From Dehalococcoidia bacterium (lineage in GTDB: Bacteria > Chloroflexota > Dehalococcoidia > Lucifugimonadales > UBA3495): a stretch of DNA of 64,000 nt. How positions within the stretch are numbered: position 1 is the first letter of the stretch; each line of letters starts with the position of its first letter. Position numbers and translations under genes: made by a program. The notes under the pieces were generated by a model. The model saw nothing but the letters and a program-made list of their open reading frames with translations. It searched no databases and was not told the origin of the DNA. Of this stretch, positions 41,393-50,535 are shown in pieces. The stretch covers positions 2,506,858-2,570,857 of the forward strand of contig OZ220699.1 in the NCBI GenBank assembly GCA_965116565.1, written 5' to 3'.

Positions 41393-41545
41393 TTGAGATC
41401 TCCTTACGTCCTACCGCCGGTCAATCGGCGTCGAATTGCGCGTTCGTTCCGAATGTCGTCGGCTCAAATAGTCTGCCAGACAGTCTAACATACCCACTAC
41501 GAAGGCCGTGTTAAGAGGGTGGATGGGACGCCTCCGCAAAGGGCG

Positions 41546-42226
41546 CTAGTCGTCCGAGAAGAACCGGAAGATCGCCGTTTCGTCGTCGTGCCTGAACCTG
41601 CCGCCCCGGAAACGTATGTCACGCCCTTGTTCAATGTGTTGGTTCACCAGCGTTTTGACTCGTTCGGAAGCATCATCGGCGTTGGATGCTCCGCGAACGA
41701 TCTCCATCAACTCGTCGCCCAGCAGGTTATCGCTCACGCCGTCGGTGCAGCAGATCAGTCGATCGGATGAGGACAGATCCAGCGCTATCTGAAATACCGA
41801 CAACGTTGCTTCCGCCCCTACGGCTTTGGAAACCCCCAACCTTATCAGGCCACCCATTCTCCCGCTGTATTGTTCATAGCCGTCTGGTCGGATGATGTAT
41901 ATGGGGCTGTCGCCCACCGACACGATATGCAACTTTCCGTCGAGATACAGCGCGGCGGAGGCTGTGGTCAGAAGGAACCGTCCGCCGCCCACCTGGTGGA
42001 AATCGGAGTTCTGCTCATTCAGGACTGCAACGATATCGTCTGGGCCGGAGATGTCGATACGATTCAGGGCGTCGGCGACCGAGCCACTGGCTTCGTCGCC
42101 CCCGTGTCCCGTCACACCGTCCAGAACCACGTCCAGAAAGTTGCCGTTGCCGAGATCCCGGGTAAGGTAGCTATCCTCGCCGTGCGCGGCATTGTCGTGC
42201 AAAATCGCCAAAGAACTGGTCTGCAT
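41546..42226 (-). CDS. PP2C-family protein phosphatase
   Basis: GEDSY, VLDGVTGHGG, TDGVSD and DDETAI motifs. Confidence 0.8.
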   Translation of the reverse strand: MQTSSLAILHDNAAHGEDSYLTRDLGNGNFLDVVLDGVTGHGGDEASGSVADALNRIDISGPDDIVAVLNEQNSDFHQVGGGRFLLTTASAALYLDGKLHIVSVGDSPIYIIRPDGYEQYSGRMGGLIRLGVSKAVGAEATLSVFQIALDLSSSDRLICCTDGVSDNLLGDELMEIVRGASNADDASERVKTLVNQHIEQGRDIRFRGGRFRHDDETAIFRFFSDD

Positions 42227-42261
42227 AACGCTATATTCCTCTCCGCCTCAGAGACTGATGA

Positions 42262-43284
42262 TCATTGAGCAGACAACCCGTTGAGTTCGGTGTCTGCATC
42301 AAACATATAACGAGTCCAATGCGGTTCGCTCAGTCGGTGCAGGGCCGTGTTCCACGCGCCTGCCGCTTCGTCCCGACCGGGAAAACTCTCGTCACGAATG
42401 GTAGTTTCAGACAGACAATACTGCAAGTCCCGGCCGAATTCGGCGACCGAACCATACCCGCCGGATTTGATCTTGCGCAGGCATTCATTAACCCCATCGC
42501 GCAGGTTGGCGTGGGTCGTTGCAAACGCCCTGCCCAGGTCGTCGCACTCCTGATCTATGGAGACAACAGGCCGCTGATTATAGGGATCGAAATAGCCGGC
42601 AGGATCGCCGGGGGGTGGGTCGGGCGAAACGTAGAACTTCAGCATTTCGAGGTAGAAATCGTGGACGTCCTGCGGGCCCCTGTTCGATTGCGCGCTTTCG
42701 ATCCCGTGACCCACGAGCGCGCTGGCGTCGATCAGAGAGATGCGCCCCGAACCCGGTGAGTAGAAAACGTTGTGGGGCCCCAGATCCAGGAGTGCATAAC
42801 CTGCTGCCTCGTACGCCTCCTGGGCGGCCAGCAGTTGGGTCTGGACGGGCCAGGGTCCCGCACCCGCCGGCAGGGCCAGGGGATGCAACGCGAACAGGTT
42901 CTGGCCCAGCCCGATGGGTACCCTGAGGATGCGGCTACGGGGATCGCCCACCAAAGGAATGCCCTGAGCGCGTTCCTCGATACGAACACGATATGGCTGC
43001 CCGACATCATCGCCGAAATACTCGTCATGGATCGCGGCTTCGGTTATTCCGACTACACGAGGCACGAGTGGACAACCCTGACCTGCCCTCTCGTAGGCTT
43101 CCAGGGTGCGAGTGGTCCGCTCCTCTATTGGTCCATGCATCTGTCGACGCGCCGCCTGGGGCGAAGGCCGTTTCAGAACTACTTGCTGACCGGTTTCCCG
43201 GTCCACGGCGCTGCGAACGTCATAGTCGGCGCCGCTGCCCAACGCGCCGTTGAGTTCAAACCTGTCCAAGGTCAGTGTGTCCAC
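42262..43284 (-). CDS. Atypical protein-kinase-like protein
   Basis: Gly-rich loop GALGSGADYDV, VVLKR lysine, LLDLGPHNVF (catalytic D..N) and LIDASA (metal-binding D). The C-terminal approximately 130 aa are unassigned. Confidence 0.7.
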   Translation of the reverse strand: MDTLTLDRFELNGALGSGADYDVRSAVDRETGQQVVLKRPSPQAARRQMHGPIEERTTRTLEAYERAGQGCPLVPRVVGITEAAIHDEYFGDDVGQPYRVRIEERAQGIPLVGDPRSRILRVPIGLGQNLFALHPLALPAGAGPWPVQTQLLAAQEAYEAAGYALLDLGPHNVFYSPGSGRISLIDASALVGHGIESAQSNRGPQDVHDFYLEMLKFYVSPDPPPGDPAGYFDPYNQRPVVSIDQECDDLGRAFATTHANLRDGVNECLRKIKSGGYGSVAEFGRDLQYCLSETTIRDESFPGRDEAAGAWNTALHRLSEPHWTRYMFDADTELNGLSAQ

Positions 43285-43299
43285 GCTGAAAAATCCAAA

Positions 43300-44160
43300 T
43301 CACGCGCGCCGGCAAAGGATGGTGAGCCAGTCCTCGCGCTGGCGCATCTCGTCCACCGCCATGCCAGCGTCGGCTATTGCGGAGACGGCTTCGTCATGCT
43401 GGTCGATGATGATACCCGAGGCCACAAAAACCCCGCCCGGGGCCATCAAGTCGGGAATCGCCGGAGACACCAGGCGGATTCCCCGGGCACTGATGTTGGC
43501 GATGGCGAGGTCATAGGTCCTGCCACGGGTCGCGCTGCTCGGGATGCTGCCTGATTCAGCGTTCACAAGGTCTGAGATTCCGGTCCGCCGGAAATTCTTG
43601 AGGGCAGCCCTGATGGCATTGCCATCGATGTCCACCGCGGTGATCCGGGCCGCTCCCAGCTTCGCGGCGGCAATTGAGAGAATTCCGGATCCGGTGCCGA
43701 CGTCGAGTACGGAGTGTCCTGGCTCGATCAACTCCTCCAACGCTTCCAGGCACGAATAGGTCGTCGGATGGTAGCCGGTCCCAAACGCCAGGCCCGGGTC
43801 CAGGTCAATTACCACGTCGCCCGGTTGCTCGTCGTATTCGATCCAGGAGGGTTTGATGACCAGTTTTTGCCCCACACGCAACAACGTAAAATGCTTTTTC
43901 CAGGAGTCGCGCCAGTCCTCATCCGATCCCAACGGGGTGATCAGCAGTTCGCCCAACTCCGCGACGCTCGAGGCCAATTTGATCCCCACCTCAATGTGAG
44001 CCAGACGCTGCCTAGAAAGACTCGGCAGGTACGACCGCAAAATGGCGTGCTCACCCGGTTTCGTCTCAACGCTCAAGCCGTAACCGTAACGTTCGAACAG
44101 GTATGAAACCGGCTCTACGTATTCAAACGGGACGGTGATGCTGAGTTCGTGCCAGGACAT
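43300..44160 (-). CDS. prmA: Ribosomal protein L11 methyltransferase
   Basis: MSWHELSITVP... N-terminus and VLDVGTGSGILSIAAAKLGA SAM motif. The ORF-track N-terminal extension overlaps dnaJ and was rejected. Confidence 0.85.
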   Translation of the reverse strand: MSWHELSITVPFEYVEPVSYLFERYGYGLSVETKPGEHAILRSYLPSLSRQRLAHIEVGIKLASSVAELGELLITPLGSDEDWRDSWKKHFTLLRVGQKLVIKPSWIEYDEQPGDVVIDLDPGLAFGTGYHPTTYSCLEALEELIEPGHSVLDVGTGSGILSIAAAKLGAARITAVDIDGNAIRAALKNFRRTGISDLVNAESGSIPSSATRGRTYDLAIANISARGIRLVSPAIPDLMAPGGVFVASGIIIDQHDEAVSAIADAGMAVDEMRQREDWLTILCRRA

Positions 44161-44236
44161 CAGTGGAGTAGAAGTGTCAGGGTCTGTGTCTGAGGCGCCG
44201 TAAGCCGATTCATGGAACCGATCATGGTCGGGCGTT

Positions 44237-45505
44237 CTAAGCGTCGCCCGGGGCGAAGGTGTCCTTGATGCGGTCGAACAGACCTTTCTGTTTGTCTTGG
44301 CCCGACGGTTCCACATCTTCCGCCGGGACGTCCGCCACCGCCGGTTCGTCAGCCTCCGCCTCGGGAGGCGGCGAAGACCGCTGATCGCGGCTGCGCCTGG
44401 CCGACGACTTGGCTGCTGAAGGCGGACGGTTGCCGCGGTTGTCAAACGAATATGCCAGGTCTTCGAGTAGTTGCCGTTGGTACTTGTTCAACCGCTGCGG
44501 AATGTTCACGTCCACAACCACTCTGATGTCGCCTCTCCGATTGGTTGCGCGACCATCCCGCCGGAGACGCGGAACGCCGTAACCGCGTACGCGGAAAACG
44601 CGTCCCGACTGAGTCCCGGCCGGAATCTCCAGGTCCACGTCTTCGCCGTCCAGCGTAGGTATCTGCTTGGAGGAACCGAGAGCCGCTTCAGCGATGTTGA
44701 TTCCCATGCGCAGAATCAAGTCCTCGTCATCACGGGCGAACAACTCGTGGTCCTGAACTCTGACCTGAACGTACAGGTTCCCCGGAGGCCCGCCGTTGGC
44801 CCCGGCGTCTCCTTCACCGGTGATGCGCACCTGCATGCCGTCGTTCACGCCCGCGGGAATAGTTACGGTGCGGGTCCGCTGGCGACGTTCGTAACCACGG
44901 CCGCGACAGTTGTGGCAGTGAGTTTCAATGTAGCGGCCCGACCCGTTGCACGCCGAACAGGGAGACGTGACCGCGAACTGGCCGAACACGCTGCGTTGCG
45001 CCCTGCGCACCTGTCCCGAACCGCTGCACGTTTTGCAGGTCGACACCGGGGTGCCGGGTTCGTTGCCTGCCCCTGAGCAAAGGTGGCAGGGTTCCACACG
45101 TTGGATCTCGATGTCGCGCTCGCACCCGAATATGGCCTCGTCGAAGGTGAGGTTTACTCGATGGGCGATATCCTCGCCGGTTCTCGGCTGGTTAGCTGTC
45201 CGGTTGGCGCCGCCAAAGAACGTATCGAATATATCGCCGAATCCGCCGAACGGATCGAAGCCATCAAAGGGGCGGTCCCCGTTGCCGTTGACGCCGGCAT
45301 GGCCGAACCTGTCGTATCGGGACCGTTTCTCTTGATCGCTGAGGACCTGATATGCCTCGTTGATCTCTTTGAACTTGTCCTCGGCGCCCGGCGTCTTGTT
45401 CCGGTCCGGATGGAACTCCATGGCCTTGCGCCGGAAAGCGCGACGGATTTGCTCGTCGTTCGCGCTCCGGTCGACGCCCAGGGTCTCGTAGTAATCGACT
45501 GGCAT
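44237..45505 (-). CDS. dnaJ: Molecular chaperone DnaJ
   Basis: J domain (DYYETLGV...HPD), G/F region and four CxxCxGxG zinc-finger repeats. Confidence 0.95.
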   Translation of the reverse strand: MPVDYYETLGVDRSANDEQIRRAFRRKAMEFHPDRNKTPGAEDKFKEINEAYQVLSDQEKRSRYDRFGHAGVNGNGDRPFDGFDPFGGFGDIFDTFFGGANRTANQPRTGEDIAHRVNLTFDEAIFGCERDIEIQRVEPCHLCSGAGNEPGTPVSTCKTCSGSGQVRRAQRSVFGQFAVTSPCSACNGSGRYIETHCHNCRGRGYERRQRTRTVTIPAGVNDGMQVRITGEGDAGANGGPPGNLYVQVRVQDHELFARDDEDLILRMGINIAEAALGSSKQIPTLDGEDVDLEIPAGTQSGRVFRVRGYGVPRLRRDGRATNRRGDIRVVVDVNIPQRLNKYQRQLLEDLAYSFDNRGNRPPSAAKSSARRSRDQRSSPPPEAEADEPAVADVPAEDVEPSGQDKQKGLFDRIKDTFAPGDA

Positions 45506-45537
45506 GAATAAACGTAAACTAAGTATGCTGACTGCTG

Positions 45538-45567
45538 ATTATAGCCGAGCAACGTTGATATGCTCAA
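45538..45567 (-). promoter_or_regulatory. Promoter candidate for dnaJ: TTGAGC-18 nt-TATAAT, overlapped by short inverted repeats
   Basis: The minus strand reads TTGAGCATATCAACGTTGCTCGGCTATAAT. The inverted repeats GAGCA-N9-TGCTC and GTTGA-N5-TCAAC overlap the -35 element and spacer. Confidence 0.5.
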
Positions 45568-46502
45568 CATCGGCGCACGGAAGTATGTCCCCAAACTGGC
45601 TGAGATCTCTGCAAGTTCCTCGCGCCATTCCGTCCCTGAGCGGGAATCCAGGCATCACTCGACCTTCCCGAGCTTTTCGACTGGCCGATCATTTGATTCC
45701 GGCTTTCACCAGGGCCACCCAATGGAAGTCGCGAGCAGTCAAACGGACGATTCCCGCCGCCAACCCCAACTCTGAGCAGTTACCGGGCTTGGTTCCGCCA
45801 GATCCTTGGCGCTGGTCGACCGTCGTTCGCCCTCGTTACCCAGGGCACCTGATCTCATCAATCGCAAAACCCTGTCCTGTATACCCTGCCGCGGGTCCGC
45901 CTCAGGAGGATGAATCCACGAAATTAAAAATTGGTGTGACACCCGCCTGTTGCCCACTACCGCACCCACGTTCTATCCTACATTCGTCAGGTTCCCCAAC
46001 CGGCGCTCGAGAACCGGGCGGGGTCGTCGCATCGCATGCAGCGGCGTTCACCAAACCATGGAAACATAGCGAGGTGTCAAAAAGGTTCGGGTCAAAAAAC
46101 GGCTTGTCGGGTAACCGACAGCAGAATATGGTTCCCAAGGGGCCTAGAGTCGGTCTATTCCCCGACTGAGCTCCCGGAACCCCGCGGGTGTCACCACCGC
46201 GCCGTGTTCGCATTGCCCCGGTTCCATCAGCCGGCTGACCGCGAGGACATGGAAGCCTAGGACTATAGCTTTCTGCTCAATCCAAACCAGCCTGGGCCGT
46301 GCTGAGTTTAGCCGCCACCGGCGGACCATCGACCCGAACCACAACCTGACGCCGAAAATCCTGAAATCCAAACCAACATCCAAAAGGAGGAACCCCGCAA
46401 ACACAGCGACCAACTGACATCGCATGATGCTGAACATGCCTGCCTTGCTCCCCAACGCCATTGGAGCCGCCAGGGGCGCACCATCATTCTCATCCTATAG
46501 GC

Positions 46503-46529
46503 GTTCCCATCAATAGTCGTTCCCATCAA
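46503..46529 (+). repeat. 11-bp direct repeat x2 (GTTCCCATCAA) with 16-nt period
   Basis: Exact copies at 46503-46513 and 46519-46529 inside the gene-free region. Confidence 0.9.
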
Positions 46530-46881
46530 ATATTGGCGCACGACTCACTCATGGGTACAGGCTCCGTGCGCGTGGAGTACCAGCAACCGTTCAGCGTTGC
46601 TCTGGCCCTGTTGACGTGAGCACGTAGTTCCCGCGAAACTCCCCCATGTGCCTTTGGCGCCCCAGGCGCTCGGAACACGGTCCTCGGGCAACCGTCGGCC
46701 CGGTAGGAATGCCCGGCCGGCCTGCTGTCGCCGGAAACGCACGCATGGCCGACGACGAACAAAATGGACCCGACCATACACAACTGACCGATGAGCGCCG
46801 ACAACCTTCGGTCGATCCTCCTACGATCAGGTTTGATAGAATTCAAGGAGAGACCGAAACCGCCGGACAAGGAGGCACCAA

Positions 46882-47220
46882 ATGCCAATAGCGAGGCTCT
46901 ACACAGGAGACGATGGACAGTCTCACATCGAGGAACTCGAACTGGAATCACATCCCGAGCTGACGGCTTCGCAGTCCACCGCCGGCATAGTGTTCCGCCG
47001 GGTCGAGTCGGGATACTTCAGCGACTGGCACTGTGCACCTCGTCGGCAGTTCGTAATCACACTGGAGGGCGAGGTCGAGATCGGCCTGGGCGATGGGTCG
47101 GTCCACCGGTTCGGGCCGGGCCAGGCGATGTTGGCGGAGGACCTGACCGGCCAGGGTCACACGACACGGGCCGTTGGCGACGGGCCGCGCCTCACGGCGA
47201 CGATCCCGTTGGACGGGTAA
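46882..47220 (+). CDS. Cupin domain protein
   Basis: 112 aa with a small beta-barrel-like sequence. AAGGAGG upstream of the ATG. Confidence 0.75.
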   Translation: MPIARLYTGDDGQSHIEELELESHPELTASQSTAGIVFRRVESGYFSDWHCAPRRQFVITLEGEVEIGLGDGSVHRFGPGQAMLAEDLTGQGHTTRAVGDGPRLTATIPLDG

Positions 47221-47263
47221 GCGGCGTATCGCGAGAGCCCGACGGTCGGCAGGATCGATTGCC

Positions 47264-48670
47264 ATGGCAGGCGCGCAAGTCACCTATCCGCCCAGGCCCG
47301 CGGTTGACCGGGGCGCGCTGCCGCCCGGTCCCCCGGAACTGCCGATCATCGGGCAGACGCTGAGGTACATGCGTGATCCAATCGGCTTGATGGTGGATGC
47401 GGCCACCTACGGAGACCTGTCCACCCTTTCAATCAAGCCGGCGCTGGTTTACCTGATCAATCATCCCGATTTGATCCGCGATGTCATCGTAACCAATCAC
47501 CAGAAAGTTGACCGCGGCCCCAATACCGAGGTGATGAAACTGCTGACGGGGAACGGTTTGATTACCGCCGTCGGCGCCGACCACCTGCGGCAACGCCGCC
47601 TGATCCAACCCAGTCTTCAGCGACATCGGTTTGAACGCTATGCGGAAACCATGTTGGAGTATGCGTCGGCCCACCAGGCGGAATGGGAAGACGGCCAGCG
47701 TATCGACCTCGGGCGGGAGATGTCGCTGCTCACTTTGCGCATCGTAGTCAAAACGCTGTTCGGGACCGACATCGCAGCCGATGTTCGTCGCATTGGGTCC
47801 GCTTTCGCCCTTGGCAACCGATACATCACTACCCGAGCTAACCAACCACCCCGGCTGCGCAGGCTGTACCACCGTCTGCCGCTGCCTTTCAGCCTCCGGT
47901 TCAAACACGCCAAGTCTCAGTTGGACCGGATAATCTACGGCTTGATCGCCCAACGTCGTGATTCCGGGGACTCTGGTGAGGACCTCCTGTCTCTGTTGTT
48001 GGACGCACGGTTCGCCGATGACGGTAACGACACTGACACCGAGGGCGTGGGATTGACGGACGAGCAAGTGCGGGACGAAACCGTCACGATGTTCGCTGCG
48101 GGACACGAGACAACGGCGGTGAGCCTGATCTGGACTTGGTACTTGTTGGCCACCAATCCTCAGCAACAGGAGAGATTCCACGCAGAACTGGACGATGTCA
48201 TTGGCCAGCGCGAACCCACGCTGCAAGACCTGCCCAACCTGCACTTCATGGAGCAGGCGTATTCGGAGGCGCTCAGGCTCTACCCTCCTATTTGGTTTTG
48301 GGGCAGGATGGCGTTTCAACCGTTCGAGCTGGGCGGGTACCACATACCGGCCGGCTCGTTCCTGCTCGCTCCACAGCTCATCGCGCAACGGGATGCCCGC
48401 TGGTTCGAGGCGCCTCTGGAGTTTCGCCCGGAACGGTGGACCGCTCAGTTCCGTGCCGATCTTCCCCGTTTTGCGTATTATCCGTTCGGTGGCGGCCCGC
48501 GCCGCTGCATCGGCGACGGTTTCGCGATGATGGAGGCCAAGCTGCTCCTCGCCACGATTGGACAACGGTGGAAAATGCGCCACGACCCGAAGCACCAGGC
48601 CAAAGTGCTTCCCCTGATTTCGCTTCGGCCCAAGGGCGGGATGCCTATGTTCCTGGAGCGGCGGCGTTGA
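47264..48670 (+). CDS. Cytochrome P450
   Basis: FGGGPRRCIGDGFA heme-thiolate loop, AGHETT I-helix and the EALRLYPP ExxR region. Confidence 0.9.
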   Translation: MAGAQVTYPPRPAVDRGALPPGPPELPIIGQTLRYMRDPIGLMVDAATYGDLSTLSIKPALVYLINHPDLIRDVIVTNHQKVDRGPNTEVMKLLTGNGLITAVGADHLRQRRLIQPSLQRHRFERYAETMLEYASAHQAEWEDGQRIDLGREMSLLTLRIVVKTLFGTDIAADVRRIGSAFALGNRYITTRANQPPRLRRLYHRLPLPFSLRFKHAKSQLDRIIYGLIAQRRDSGDSGEDLLSLLLDARFADDGNDTDTEGVGLTDEQVRDETVTMFAAGHETTAVSLIWTWYLLATNPQQQERFHAELDDVIGQREPTLQDLPNLHFMEQAYSEALRLYPPIWFWGRMAFQPFELGGYHIPAGSFLLAPQLIAQRDARWFEAPLEFRPERWTAQFRADLPRFAYYPFGGGPRRCIGDGFAMMEAKLLLATIGQRWKMRHDPKHQAKVLPLISLRPKGGMPMFLERRR

Positions 48671-48703
48671 AGCACGGCCGCGGCACAGCCGGAACCAGCA
48701 ATA

Positions 48704-48744
48704 ACCCGCCTTATCCTGGAAGGGAACCGGCGGGCTTTTCTTTC
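48704..48744 (+). terminator. Hairpin + T-rich tail after the P450 gene
   Basis: CCCGCC...GGCGGG stem followed by CTTTTCTTTC. Confidence 0.5.
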
Positions 48745-48752
48745 GCGGTAGC

Positions 48753-48826
48753 TGGCTGCCCCGCCTGGGCTCGAACCAGGGCTTACAGCTCCAAAGGCTG
48801 ACGTGCTACCGCTACACCACGGGGCA
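48753..48826 (-). tRNA. tRNA-Gln (UUG)
   Basis: Hand-folded cloverleaf with U1:A72, anticodon loop CTTTGGA, T-arm CCTGG-TTCGAGC-CCAGG and an encoded CCA. Confidence 0.85.
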
Positions 48827-48922
48827 TCTGAGTAAATTATAGCACCGAGACTGCCAACTATTCGGTTACGTTATACTGCGCACAACCGCCCGCGACACGC
48901 GGGAAAATGGAGTTGCAACGTT

Positions 48923-49876
48923 ATGGAGACCGTGGGATTTATCGGGCTGGGCAACATGGGCGGCGGGATGTCGGCCAACATACAGAGGGCCGGCTATTCG
49001 ATGATTGTTTACGACCTGCGGGAGGAAGCTGCTCTGCCCCTGCTGCAAGGCGGGGCGAGACTTGCCAACACTCCGGCAGAGGTTGCCGCGGCCAGCGACG
49101 TCACCTTCACCTCCCTGCCGGGTCCGTACGAAGTCGAAGCGGTATCTACGGGGCCGGAGGGAGTGCTCGAGGGCATCAAGCCGGGTAGTGTTTACATCGA
49201 CCTTTCGTCCAGCCGCCCCACCTTGATCCGCGAGATCGAACCGAAATTCCGCGCCAGGGGCTGCCACGTGCTTGATGCGCCGGTCAGCGGCGGCAAGACG
49301 GGCGCGGCGTCCGGAAACCTCGCCGTGATGGTCGGCGGTGATCGGGAGGTGTTCGACCGGGTGAAGCCCATCCTGGACTCTTTCGGCGACAAGGTGTTTT
49401 ACGCTGGCGAGATCGGCGCGGGGAGCGTCGCCAAACTGGTGCACAACATGATCGGTCACAGCGTTCGGCAGGCCATCGCAGAGGGACTGACATTGGGAGT
49501 CAAGGCCGGCGTCGACCCGGAACCACTGTGGGAATGCGTGCGGCGCGGAGCGCTCGGCCGTATGTCTTTCCTGCACGAAGGTCTGGTTCGAACCATGTTC
49601 CGAGGGGAATACGAACCGGCCAGCTTCGCGCTGAACCTGGCGCACAAGGACATCTCGTTGGCGACCGAATTGGCCCGCGAATACGATGTGCCCATGCCCA
49701 TGTCCACGCTGGCGCAGCAGATTTCGCTTCAGGCCATGAATCGAGGGTGGGGTGCTGCAGACAGCAGTAGTACCGTGCGGCTACAGGAGGAGCAGTCTGG
49801 CGTGGAGGTGCGAGCGCCCCAGGTTGACCCTGAACGTGCGGCTCGTTTCATCACGACGCATCCCGACGCTGAATAG
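48923..49876 (+). CDS. NAD(P)-dependent 3-hydroxyisobutyrate dehydrogenase-family oxidoreductase
   Basis: VGFIGLGNMGGGM Rossmann motif and a 6PGDH-like C-terminal domain. Confidence 0.9.
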   Translation: METVGFIGLGNMGGGMSANIQRAGYSMIVYDLREEAALPLLQGGARLANTPAEVAAASDVTFTSLPGPYEVEAVSTGPEGVLEGIKPGSVYIDLSSSRPTLIREIEPKFRARGCHVLDAPVSGGKTGAASGNLAVMVGGDREVFDRVKPILDSFGDKVFYAGEIGAGSVAKLVHNMIGHSVRQAIAEGLTLGVKAGVDPEPLWECVRRGALGRMSFLHEGLVRTMFRGEYEPASFALNLAHKDISLATELAREYDVPMPMSTLAQQISLQAMNRGWGAADSSSTVRLQEEQSGVEVRAPQVDPERAARFITTHPDAE

Positions 49877-49882
49877 CCACCG

Positions 49883-49927
49883 TCGAGATTCGTGCAGCCG
49901 AAATTCGTGCAGTCGAGATTCGTGCAA
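49883..49927 (+). repeat. 15-bp tandem repeat x3 (TCGAGATTCGTGCAG-like)
   Basis: TCGAGATTCGTGCAG / CCGAAATTCGTGCAG / TCGAGATTCGTGCAA, about 100 nt upstream of rnpB. Confidence 0.9.
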
Positions 49928-49994
49928 TAAATGGGATGCCGGCGGAGGCGCCCGGGATGATCCTGGATGCGCAGGCCCGGCATCCCTCCAACTA

Positions 49995-50003
49995 TGCTAG
50001 ACT
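49995..50003 (+). promoter_or_regulatory. Extended -10 promoter candidate TGCTAGACT for rnpB
   Basis: It lies about 27 nt upstream of the predicted mature 5' end. Confidence 0.45.
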
Positions 50004-50029
50004 CGTTTCAGGAGAATGTCGGATTGGCC

Positions 50030-50430
50030 GGGTGGTCGCCGCGGGGCCATGTCGCCTCGGGGAGGAAAGTCCGGGCTCCATCGGACAGGGTGCTGGGTAA
50101 CGCCCAGGCCCCGGCGTGCAGCGCGCTCCGGGGACGGAAAGTGGCACAGAAACATACCGCCGCGGCCCCCACCGGGTCACGGCAAGGGTGAAATCGGGCG
50201 GTAAGAGCGCCCGGCCGCGTACGGCGACGTACCGGCGGCCAAACCCCACCTGGAGCAAGGCCAAATAGGGGAACCATGGGTGTCCGGCCCGTTCCCGGGT
50301 TGGCCGCTTGATCCCGGCGGAAACGCCGTCCTGAGCTACAGGGCGCATCCGGTTCTGCCAGATGCGGGGCTAGATAGATGGCCACCGTCCGCCGTCAGGC
50401 GGATACAGAACCCGGCTTACAGGTCAGTCC
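50030..50430 (+). ncRNA. rnpB: RNase P RNA, bacterial type A
   Basis: Conserved blocks GGAGGAAAGTCCGGGCTCC, ACAGAAACATACCGCC, GGTAAGAGCGC, AGCAAGGCCAAATAGGGG and ACAGAACCCGGCTTA. P1 pairs GGATTGGCC with GGTCAGTCC. Confidence 0.9.
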
Positions 50431-50535
50431 GCTTTCTCCCAACACCGTCGGTCATACGGGCAGAACGCCGATCAGCGCTGTCCCGAAATTGATCTGCGTT
50501 TGGATCAAGATATTTGTACAAAAGGAGCATCGACT

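Noticed and set aside
44161-44445. N-terminal extension of prmA in the ORF track (381 aa).
   Set aside because: The extension overlaps the dnaJ 3' end in another frame and is low-complexity. The conserved PrmA N-terminus starts at the Met at 44160.
45545-45575. CIRCE or HAIR heat-shock operator upstream of dnaJ.
   Set aside because: The inverted repeats present do not match either consensus. They are reported only as an unclassified candidate operator.
45504-46169. 221-aa ORF filling part of the gene-free region.
   Set aside because: It has a Ser/Pro/Arg-rich low-complexity translation, no RBS, and overlaps the dnaJ start and promoter. It is probably not coding.
47429-48595. 388-aa ORF on the minus strand.
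   Set aside because: It is antisense to the cytochrome P450 gene, which carries an unambiguous heme-binding loop.
49992-50492. ORFs overlapping 50.0-50.5 kb (118 aa, 125 aa, 62 aa, 70 aa).
   Set aside because: The region is RNase P RNA, with all of its universal conserved blocks present.
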